Positions 1-6,775 of a DNA stretch of 64,000 nucleotides are shown in pieces (the stretch's first letter is position 1; every line of letters begins with the position of its first letter). The stretch is from a virus. Both the position numbers and the translations under genes were made by a program. The notes under the pieces were generated by a model. That model had not been told where the DNA came from, did no database searches, and worked only from the letters and a program-made list of their open reading frames with translations. The DNA lies in IMG/VR virus record IMGVR_UViG_3300027301_000003, positions 1 to 64,000 of that record, one strand, 5' to 3'.

Positions 1-41
1 ACTTTAGATAATGCTACAATTTGAGTTTCATTTAGTTTCAT
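1..41 (-). CDS. 5' part of a small early ORF (MKLNETQIVALSK...) running off the window start
   Basis: ATG at 39-41 on the minus strand with AGGA upstream; open to position 1. Confidence 0.45.
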   Translation of the reverse strand, partial: MKLNETQIVALSK

Positions 42-75
42 GATTTAATCCTGATTGATTATCGGTTAATATTAA

Positions 76-115
76 CCCCATAATACCCTAGAATATAATC
101 TAAGATATTATGAGA
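76..115 (-). promoter_or_regulatory. 17-bp intergenic RNA hairpin, RNase III-site-like
   Basis: Minus strand TCTCATAATATCTTAGA / TCTAGGGTATTATGGGG pairs fully with G.U. Confidence 0.55.
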
Positions 116-120
116 GAATA

Positions 121-342
121 TTATTGTTTTGAATAATCCCTTAGTGCTTTAATATATTCTCGCTTATTGGGTTTATTATCTATATTCCCTTTCCATGCTA
201 CGACAATAATACCATTTGATTTTGTACCCTGATATATTCCCTTATTATCTTTTGTACCCGCATATACATGTTGTCCGGGTTGAATATATCGGATTAATTC
301 ATTAGGGATATTCCAGATATTAAATGCTTGAATATATTTCAT
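121..342 (-). CDS. hypothetical pre-early protein, 73 aa
   Basis: ORF with GGAG RBS, co-oriented with neighbours. Confidence 0.75.
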   Translation of the reverse strand: MKYIQAFNIWNIPNELIRYIQPGQHVYAGTKDNKGIYQGTKSNGIIVVAWKGNIDNKPNKREYIKALRDYSKQ

Positions 343-356
343 TTGATTATCTCCAA

Positions 357-587
357 TTAATCCGATAATACTTTATTATTTGCCATATATTCGATTTCCT
401 TGTATGCGGTATTAATTGCATCCTCTTTGTCATCAGTATAATACCAAGTATTATCTGACATAATCCGTTTATTTTCATCATAATATTTAACCACATATTC
501 ATTATAATCTGCATTATAATAAACTTTAGCTTGAAAACCGATACTCTTATTAATCGTTGAAATGAGTCGCATGATATAATCTTTCAT
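357..587 (-). CDS. hypothetical pre-early protein, 76 aa
   Basis: ORF track; tightly packed in the leftward cluster. Confidence 0.75.
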   Translation of the reverse strand: MKDYIMRLISTINKSIGFQAKVYYNADYNEYVVKYYDENKRIMSDNTWYYTDDKEDAINTAYKEIEYMANNKVLSD

Positions 588-600
588 TTTCGGACAATAT

Positions 601-644
601 TATCCGACATAATGCACTATATTATTAATGCATTATATCTGATA
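601..644 (-). promoter_or_regulatory. intergenic RNA hairpin, RNase III-site-like
   Basis: Minus strand GATATAATGCATTA / TAGTGCATTATGTC. Confidence 0.5.
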
Positions 645-647
645 TTA

Positions 648-905
648 TCAGGATTTTACTTTAGCGAATTGTCGCAGATATTTATTTGATTTAAACTGCA
701 TTTTCCAGTCTAGATTATGTTTTGCATTATCAATTCGAAAATTAATAATCGGTTTATCATTATTATCAAAACCCATAAACTGACCCCGATAATATAATGA
801 TTGATTATTAAGGGATAATCCAGTAATCCACTGCCCAATTTTCAAGGCTTTGAATTGATTATATTGATTATCTGATTTAATAAATACAGTTTTTGTATAT
901 TTCAT
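648..905 (-). CDS. hypothetical pre-early protein, 85 aa
   Basis: ORF track; upstream GAGATAATCAAATG context identical to 121..342. Confidence 0.75.
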   Translation of the reverse strand: MKYTKTVFIKSDNQYNQFKALKIGQWITGLSLNNQSLYYRGQFMGFDNNDKPIINFRIDNAKHNLDWKMQFKSNKYLRQFAKVKS

Positions 906-932
906 TTGATTATCTCATTTTGAGAATCGGCC

Positions 933-984
933 AATATTAGCCCGATAATACCCTATATTATATAAGATATTATCAGATAATATT
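933..984 (-). promoter_or_regulatory. intergenic RNA hairpin, RNase III-site-like
   Basis: Minus strand AATATTATCTGATAATATCTTATAT / ATATAGGGTATTATCGGGCTAATATT. Confidence 0.55.
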
Positions 985-1066
985 AAACTAAATAACTGAT
1001 TATTGGGCAAACCATAAACCAGATTATCACGTTGATTTTAATCATTAGTTTATCTGTATTATCCAT
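983..1066 (-). CDS. 27-aa hydrophobic peptide (MDNTDKLMIKINVIIWFMVCPIISYLV)
   Basis: Read manually; AGGA RBS overlapping the end of the upstream gene; one TM-like stretch. Confidence 0.5.
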   Translation of the reverse strand: MDNTDKLMIKINVIIWFMVCPIISYLV

Positions 1067-1070
1067 TTTA

Positions 1071-1262
1071 TTATTCCTGATTAATATAAGACTGCATTAA
1101 TTCGAATATATCATTATTACTAGGTGCGATATTAACTGCAAGTGCAATAATAAGAGATAATTTGTTATAATCCATGTCTTCAATTGCTTTAATGGTTACA
1201 TAATCCAGTTGATTATCTTTAATTGATTTTCTCAGATAATCCAATGATATATTTGTTTTCAT
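1071..1262 (-). CDS. hypothetical pre-early protein (likely start MKTNISL)
   Basis: ORF track 1071..1334, trimmed to the ATG after AAAGG. Confidence 0.65.
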   Translation of the reverse strand: MKTNISLDYLRKSIKDNQLDYVTIKAIEDMDYNKLSLIIALAVNIAPSNNDIFELMQSYINQE

Positions 1263-1526
1263 TTTGAAACCTTTAGTTTGTGAGTTTTGGGGTAATGTAT
1301 ACTTTAATTTGCATACATTATAGAAAACTCTCAATTTTTAAAGAACTGAGTACTTTTGTTTCTAGTACTCTAGGTGTGCCCTATCGCTTCACCATGTAAT
1401 TGATTATACAGATATTTCCGTTGTTTTTCTGCAACAATGCAAATATTTTTATAGGGATAAACCCTATGTAAACTTTGGTTTCTCATTTTGTGCTTTATCT
1501 TATAAATAATGCACGCGCACGCGAAG

Positions 1527-1543
1527 AGCAAAAATCGTGCCAG
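1527..1543 (-). promoter_or_regulatory. sigma54 (RpoN) -24/-12 motif
   Basis: CTGGCACGATTTTTGCT matches consensus YTGGCACGRNNNTTGCW exactly. Confidence 0.7.
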
Positions 1544-1652
1544 TATTACACTGATAAAATGAATACTGTATAAAAAACCATGCCCCTAGAATCGATTTTA
1601 AGGCTGTTTTTAGCCGTTTTCCTTGTCTCTGGTACTACCCCATTAGAAAAAG

Positions 1653-1782
1653 TTGTCCACACCACTAGTGCTAGTTGTCCACATTTTGACTCTTATATAA
1701 GACTGATAACCTGTGCATAAGTATGGCATGAATCCTGCTATCCTGTGCATAACTTTTCACCCTGTGGACAACCTGTGGACAA
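1653..1782. promoter_or_regulatory. cluster of six DnaA-box-like 9-mers
   Basis: TTGTCCACA (+) at 1653 and 1675; TTATGCACA (-) at 1712 and 1744; TTGTCCACA (-) at 1763 and 1774. Confidence 0.7.
1724..1739 (+). promoter_or_regulatory. second sigma54-like -24/-12 motif
   Basis: TGGCATGAATCCTGCT, GG-N10-GC spacing correct. Confidence 0.5.
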
Positions 1783-1785
1783 CTC

Positions 1786-1957
1786 AAATATATCAGTCTA
1801 TGCTTATATACGGATATTCTTATATAAGTCAACCCTTATATAAGTAAACGCTTATATAACCCTTCGCTTATATAATGAATTGCTTATATAAGTCAACCCT
1901 TATATAATTGTTCGCTTATATAAGTAAACGCTTATATAATGACTGACTGATATATTT
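1786..1957. repeat. array of nine CTTATATA(A) palindromic cores at exact 16-bp period, bracketed by a 13-bp inverted repeat
   Basis: Cores at 1803, 1819, 1835, 1851, 1867, 1883, 1899, 1915, 1931; AAATATATCAGTC (1786-1798) / GACTGATATATTT (1945-1957). Confidence 0.9.
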
Positions 1958-1959
1958 TG

Positions 1960-2072
1960 TGACTGTAGAGTCATAATTTGAACTCTCCGGTCACTTTACG
2001 ACTGAACCGTCTAGTTTCTGACTGAACGGTCTAGTCGGCGACTGAACGGTATAGTAAGTGACTGCTCGGTCG
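1960..2072. repeat. ~20-bp-period array of imperfect palindromes GACTG-NN-CGGTC
   Basis: GACTGAACCGTCTAGT at 2000, GACTGAACGGTCTAGT at 2020, GACTGAACGGTATAGT at 2040, GACTGCTCGGTC at 2060; degenerate units at 1961 and 1981. Confidence 0.8.
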
Positions 2073-2117
2073 GCGCAGCCGGATTAACTTTAGGTCTTTC
2101 GCTTGAGAATTACCAAG

Positions 2118-2200
2118 GCGGGTTTTTAGAAAAATTAGGCAAGCGGGTTTTTGGGTAAAAATTCCAAGTAAACCTAAAAGCGGGTTTTCAAAATAAAAAG
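2118..2200. repeat. three GCGGGTTTT units with interspersed A/T tracts
   Basis: Copies at 2118, 2143, 2180. Confidence 0.6.
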
Positions 2201-2201
2201 C

Positions 2202-2232
2202 AAAAAAAAAACCCGAGAAATTAATCTCGGGT
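2202..2232 (-). terminator. intrinsic terminator ending the leftward early transcripts
   Basis: ACCCGAGA..TCTCGGGT stem followed by a T9 run on the minus strand. Confidence 0.85.
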
Positions 2233-2254
2233 AAATACTTCATCACTCTCTCTC

Positions 2255-2677
2255 TCACTTCACCAATATATAACCTTTCTTGTAACTTCCAACTCGCATA
2301 TTCATGTAGTACGCACAATGGAAATAGTCGCTTTGACTATCTGATTCATCCCAATGGTCAACAAGCATGATAGCCTTGGCTTTCTCCATGTACTCCAGAG
2401 CTTTACCGCTGAATTGAGTATCCAGATAGTAATGATTGATCTGAATGCCTTGCTCAAGCTTTACCCAAGCAATAGTCTGCTCAACATCACGATGGATGCG
2501 TTTACTTGCAATTGTCTCGCAGTAGTTATTCAGAAAGTCAATGCTACCTTCTGCAACGGTAAGATTCAAGCACAAACCACCTTTACCGCTGAGTGTACTC
2601 TTTACACCGTACTCTTTATTGAGTGCTTTGAGAGCAGTACGAGCCTTGGTGATAACTTCTTCAGATACGTAAGCCAT
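2255..2677 (-). CDS. conserved phage early protein, LPD29-like C-terminus (DxSDSQSDYFH)
   Basis: ORF with AAGGA RBS; motif recognition. Confidence 0.7.
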   Translation of the reverse strand: MAYVSEEVITKARTALKALNKEYGVKSTLSGKGGLCLNLTVAEGSIDFLNNYCETIASKRIHRDVEQTIAWVKLEQGIQINHYYLDTQFSGKALEYMEKAKAIMLVDHWDESDSQSDYFHCAYYMNMRVGSYKKGYILVK

Positions 2678-2709
2678 GATTGTTTCCTTGGTTTGTTTCG
2701 ATGATTGAA

Positions 2710-2961
2710 TTATAGCACAGAATTTAGAGTTTGAGCCTCTGTTACAAATTCTTCTTCTACCAGAAAAGTACTACCAACTTCCCTTAGCTCTTCACCAATG
2801 TATGTAGGCAAATCACTAATGATGCTGTGCTGCACTTTACCACCGTATTTTACACGAGTTTCTTGCACAATGCCAGTTACCCATGCGCTGTCTAGGTATT
2901 TAGCAATGATCCATTGACCTTGGCGATCAAAGTTAGAGCCAGCGTTGTATTTGCATTTCAT
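2710..2961 (-). CDS. hypothetical protein (start MKCKYNAG)
   Basis: ORF track 2710..3123, trimmed to the ATG with GGAG RBS. Confidence 0.65.
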   Translation of the reverse strand: MKCKYNAGSNFDRQGQWIIAKYLDSAWVTGIVQETRVKYGGKVQHSIISDLPTYIGEELREVGSTFLVEEEFVTEAQTLNSVL

Positions 2962-2992
2962 GATGTTCTCCAGAAGTTGAGCTTTAATTATA

Positions 2993-3280
2993 TCACAGCT
3001 TTTCGTACTCTGCGTACCAATTTTCCATAAAATCACTGCAGATATAATCCACAACTGTTTCATCATCTTCAAGACCGTAAGGGATAATCTGTGCCCATCC
3101 GATGCGTTCACCACCAACAGCAAGCCGAATGACTACATTTGCTTCCTCTACGGATTCAATCGCTTCAATGATATTCTGGTACTTTGTACTGTGACTTACC
3201 TGCCACTCTTCACCATCCCATACACTGCAGGTATGACCTTGAGCTAATGCATGTTTGACGAGGTGTTTGTATGCTTTCAT
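2993..3280 (-). CDS. hypothetical early protein
   Basis: ORF with GGAG RBS. Confidence 0.7.
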   Translation of the reverse strand: MKAYKHLVKHALAQGHTCSVWDGEEWQVSHSTKYQNIIEAIESVEEANVVIRLAVGGERIGWAQIIPYGLEDDETVVDYICSDFMENWYAEYEKL

Positions 3281-3386
3281 GATGTACTCCAAGTTGTTTG
3301 CGATGGAAAATCACAACCCCGTTGGGATTGCTCTGATTGAATTATACACGAGAAAATCACTTCAAACGCAAACTACAAGAAATATT

Positions 3387-3584
3387 TCAATCAGACAACC
3401 CTTGGTTTTCTTGCTGTAGCTCTGCAAGGTCAGCATCACCATTCCACAGCTTTGCCTCTTCAATACCCGCTAGAAGGGCTGTTTTGATACCTAGAAGGAC
3501 CATCATCCGAGTCTCTTCTGGTGACATATCAAAGGTAAATACTGCACTACCATCTTCGTTTTCTTTAGCTAAAATAACATCCAT
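3387..3584 (-). CDS. hypothetical protein, 65 aa
   Basis: AAGGAG RBS. Confidence 0.7.
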   Translation of the reverse strand: MDVILAKENEDGSAVFTFDMSPEETRMMVLLGIKTALLAGIEEAKLWNGDADLAELQQENQGLSD

Positions 3585-3594
3585 GATTTTCTCC

Positions 3595-3804
3595 TTAAAG
3601 TAATTTATGCAAACTTAAATTTGCATTTTGCCATGCATTCCAACGCTCTTGCTGATGTTCTTGATCTGAGATACAAACACCTGAAATACTTGGACGATAA
3701 GCATCAATTTGAGCTTTGATGATTTCGATGCATTGCTGCAGTTCTTCCTTTTGCATCTCATAGAAGAACTTACCATTGAAAGAATTGCGGGTGATTCTAT
3801 TCAT
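3595..3804 (-). CDS. hypothetical protein, 69 aa
   Basis: ORF coupled to upstream gene (ATGA overlap). Confidence 0.6.
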   Translation of the reverse strand: MNRITRNSFNGKFFYEMQKEELQQCIEIIKAQIDAYRPSISGVCISDQEHQQERWNAWQNANLSLHKLL

Positions 3805-4022
3805 TCCATATCCATTCCTAGTTTACAAACAACATCATACCAGAAATCCGTACCTTGTAGTGTATTTTCCCACACAACAACATCCCAAATGTCACCTGAT
3901 GGTTCAAACCCAGTAAGTTTACGCATTGGACCTTGCATATAATCTGCAGCATCTTTATTGATTTCTGCAACTCTTGCAATCAACTCTTGGTAATCTAGTT
4001 CATCTTGTGCTTCATCATTCAT
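3801..4022 (-). CDS. hypothetical protein
   Basis: ORF track trimmed to the ATG after AGGAG. Confidence 0.65.
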   Translation of the reverse strand: MNDEAQDELDYQELIARVAEINKDAADYMQGPMRKLTGFEPSGDIWDVVVWENTLQGTDFWYDVVCKLGMDME

Positions 4023-4151
4023 AATCATTCTCCTGTTGATGTGTTTGTTTAGCCTTGCGTTTCCTATTGAGGTGCTTCTGTACAGCTTTACGCATAACAA
4101 TAGCCACCAGATAGTTTCTTTGCTTGAGCTTGAGCTTTTTACTCTTCTTGC

Positions 4152-4523
4152 TCATACTCCCTGTTCCTCTGCAATTATAGCAGCAAATTTCAACCATCCG
4201 TATCGTACTTGTTGATTTTTTGCAATAAATTCACCATTGTCGTTGAAAGCATTGATGGAACCCATAGGGCAACCCATAGCTTTTAAACCCTCAAAGCAAC
4301 GATTGATAAGTTCATCACGCTCACCTTCGGATAAAATCTCATGTTTATTATAAAGTTCCCATACAGCTTCACTTACAGCACAGCATGAGAATTTCTCTTT
4401 GCTTCCACCACGATTCCAGCACTGCTCTTCTTTACTGGCAAGTTTCTTGTCTGCAGCGTAGTGCAAGATTTCAGCGATAGTAAAAGATTTACGAAGTGAA
4501 GATTTTTCAGTGTATTCTTTCAT
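4152..4523 (-). CDS. hypothetical protein, 123 aa
   Basis: AAGGAG RBS, ATGA overlap. Confidence 0.7.
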   Translation of the reverse strand: MKEYTEKSSLRKSFTIAEILHYAADKKLASKEEQCWNRGGSKEKFSCCAVSEAVWELYNKHEILSEGERDELINRCFEGLKAMGCPMGSINAFNDNGEFIAKNQQVRYGWLKFAAIIAEEQGV

Positions 4524-4849
4524 GCTTTCTCCTTAATTGTATCCTTGAGATATTCTACCAGAAACAAACACATATTTGCTCTTGGTTCCCATTCTTTTGG
4601 TGAATATGTATATTTACCGTAAGAAAGTTCATCTGTTTCATCGAATAGGTGCATCATATCATTGTAAGAATACTTGTATCCTAGATCATTCATTGCTTTA
4701 CAAATACCACAACCGATATTAACTTTCTTTGGGTCAATACTACATGACTGATGCTTTCCATTAAAGTACAACTCAGCAACTTCAGTAAGACCTTTGATAA
4801 GTCTTTTTCGTGCAGTAATAGACAGTTTTTTATTGCGTCCGAATTTCAT
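4520..4849 (-). CDS. hypothetical protein, 109 aa (CxxC)
   Basis: Coupled ORF. Confidence 0.7.
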   Translation of the reverse strand: MKFGRNKKLSITARKRLIKGLTEVAELYFNGKHQSCSIDPKKVNIGCGICKAMNDLGYKYSYNDMMHLFDETDELSYGKYTYSPKEWEPRANMCLFLVEYLKDTIKEKA

Positions 4850-5181
4850 TGTGTTACTTTCTTTGCAATGTAAAGAGCAATACGAGTTGATACAGGTAGT
4901 ACTTTCCGGTAATAGTCAGTTTCATGATTATCTTTTTCTTGTACACCCAATGCTGTCAACAATACATTGGCATGTTCAATTTGATCTTTAGCTTCATCAC
5001 GAGCGTCTGATGCATATTTTAGACTATTTTCTGTATCAGAAAGTTTCTTTTGAAGTTCAGCAATTTGTTTAATCTGAGCTTTGTTATTGATGTACAAATT
5101 TGTAACTTGTACTTCATCTAGTGCAAGCGTTACTGTTTCAGGTTCATCACCTTGAATTACAATGTTAATTGTTTGCATCAT
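4846..5181 (-). CDS. hypothetical coiled-coil protein
   Basis: GGAG RBS; heptad pattern. Confidence 0.7.
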   Translation of the reverse strand: MMQTINIVIQGDEPETVTLALDEVQVTNLYINNKAQIKQIAELQKKLSDTENSLKYASDARDEAKDQIEHANVLLTALGVQEKDNHETDYYRKVLPVSTRIALYIAKKVTQ

Positions 5182-5190
5182 CTACTCCAA

Positions 5191-5454
5191 TCAAACAGCT
5201 ACAGCTTCAATACCTTGCATACGCAAACCAATGATTGTACTGCGGTTTACACTGCGATAACCTTTGTTTTGCACATCATAGATGCTGATGTATTCGTTGG
5301 CATCTACATTGGGTTTACCACCCTTGAGATACTTCTTTACACCAAGGCGACCGTTGAGAACACGAGTGCTGCCATCTTGTTTGATGAAAGTAACAGTAAC
5401 CATCTTACCGTTTGAATTGTCGATCATGCTAGCGAAAACTTTAGAGCTTGACAT
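5191..5454 (-). CDS. Sm-like/SH3 beta-barrel (WYL_2-like) phage protein
   Basis: VTFIKQDGSTRVLNG...YDVQNKGYRSVN motif. Confidence 0.6.
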   Translation of the reverse strand: MSSSKVFASMIDNSNGKMVTVTFIKQDGSTRVLNGRLGVKKYLKGGKPNVDANEYISIYDVQNKGYRSVNRSTIIGLRMQGIEAVAV

Positions 5455-5503
5455 TGAGGTTCCTTTCAGTTGTTGAAGATTAGATTATACCAGAGATTTT
5501 TAC

Positions 5504-5944
5504 TTATTCACCAAACTTTTCAATCTTTTTGAAGACTGCTACAACTCGCTTACCTGCAGGATTGTCGAAGGTGTCGATGATCTTACCATTGACTACAGCA
5601 ACAGCATGACCAGTGGTATTCACGATGTACTCACCGAAAGCAAGCTTAGGGAGAATCTTAGCGAGTGTAACACCCGCATCTGCTTCACGTTTGGCAATAC
5701 GAGCAGCATAACGAGCAGCACCTGTTGTACCATGCACAGTATCCAGAACAAAGCCAGCTTCCGTATAAGCCTTGAGCATTGTACCAAAGAAAGCACCACA
5801 GCGATCTTTCCTACCGTGTTTCTTGAGCAAAGCGTGAGCATTGTCATAGTGCATACCAGAAGCATTGCTCAGAGCACGAACAGTGCAATCACGGGTTTCA
5901 CCGTCAGAAGTAGCACCACGAGTAACAGCTTGAATCTTTTGCAT
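5504..5944 (-). CDS. putative papain/C39-like cysteine peptidase
   Basis: DCTVRAL (Cys), GHAVAV (His), downstream IIDT (Asp). Confidence 0.5.
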   Translation of the reverse strand: MQKIQAVTRGATSDGETRDCTVRALSNASGMHYDNAHALLKKHGRKDRCGAFFGTMLKAYTEAGFVLDTVHGTTGAARYAARIAKREADAGVTLAKILPKLAFGEYIVNTTGHAVAVVNGKIIDTFDNPAGKRVVAVFKKIEKFGE

Positions 5945-5969
5945 CTTTAACTCCATCAGTTGGTTTGTG

Positions 5970-5988
5970 AGCCTTGATTGTAGCACAG
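5970..5988 (-). promoter_or_regulatory. early extended -10 promoter (TGcTACAAT); identical 19-mer at 7100-7118
   Basis: CTGTGCTACAATCAAGGCT; variants near 1401, 2703, 2981, 3335, 5478, 6790, 7509, 15690. Confidence 0.65.
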
Positions 5989-6053
5989 AAAAATAGACTG
6001 CACAGATAACCCTACAGTCTACTCAAGATTTATTTACCTTAGTTCGTTTGCAC

Positions 6054-6434
6054 TCACCACCAGCTATCATAATACACAGCAAAACCTTGGTCAATTTTAG
6101 CCAACGCTTTATGTGCAAATTCGATATCTTGGTTTGCAATTTCATCATCGTAATCGTACTGATGACCCCAAAAGAAACCAACCTTAGCTTTCAACTTATG
6201 GACTTGAGCGTCTTCGATCAATAACTCTAAATCCCCTTTGGTAAGTCGCAGAGGAATGCAGTTGAAACTTTCTGCAGTACCACGTTTATTAGTATACACA
6301 CTTTCCATCCAAGCATGTAAAGCATTGTGTTTACGCCAGTACATAAACTCTTCTTTTACAGCACCTTCAGCAATTTCAAAGTCACCCTTAGCATCAGCCA
6401 AAGGAACAGCAAAAGCATACATATCAAGACCCAT
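6054..6434 (-). CDS. conserved phage protein (MGLDMY...YWRK...YYDSWW family)
   Basis: Recognisable widespread phage motif; AAGGAG RBS. Confidence 0.75.
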   Translation of the reverse strand: MGLDMYAFAVPLADAKGDFEIAEGAVKEEFMYWRKHNALHAWMESVYTNKRGTAESFNCIPLRLTKGDLELLIEDAQVHKLKAKVGFFWGHQYDYDDEIANQDIEFAHKALAKIDQGFAVYYDSWW

Positions 6435-6450
6435 GATTTTCTCCTTAAAA

Positions 6451-6759
6451 TTAGATTGTACCAGAATTTAAAGCAACCAAAGCGTAATCTACTGCTTTAT
6501 TTCGATTGTAGCTGTCGTAATTCCGAATAGGACTACGATTGTTTGTGTGCCTGTACGTGTGCTTAGGATCAGTACCGTACTTATCTTTGTAAGCATTGAA
6601 GAACAAAGAAGCATCACAGTCTTCTTCAAGGTAAGCTGTAGCTCCACGCATGTAGCTGTAGCTGCTAATCTGAGTAATGATACCAAGTTGCATCAACTCT
6701 TCGATCTTAACAGCAAGCCAACCATGACCGGGATCAGCGTAGAATTTATAAGTCTTCAT
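6451..6759 (-). CDS. conserved phage early protein (DPGHGWL...YLEEDCD family)
   Basis: Recognisable motif; AGGAG RBS. Confidence 0.75.
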   Translation of the reverse strand: MKTYKFYADPGHGWLAVKIEELMQLGIITQISSYSYMRGATAYLEEDCDASLFFNAYKDKYGTDPKHTYRHTNNRSPIRNYDSYNRNKAVDYALVALNSGTI

Positions 6760-6775
6760 CGTATTCTCCTAAATA

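Noticed and set aside
1565-1582. LexA box (CTGTATAAAAAACCAT)
   Set aside because: The left half fits but the right half is CCAT, not ACAG/CCAG; too weak to call, though the context is suggestive.
1959-1974. matS site
   Set aside because: GTGAC..GTCA spacing is 6 nt instead of the 3 nt in GTGACRNYGTCAC.
1786-2072. CRISPR array or mini-array
   Set aside because: Repeats are 10-16 bp with 4-6-nt spacers, far too short, and some spacers recur; no cas genes.
2031-2318. 95-aa ORF over the repeat region
   Set aside because: It crosses a strong terminator and DNA repeats, overlaps a real gene and has no RBS.
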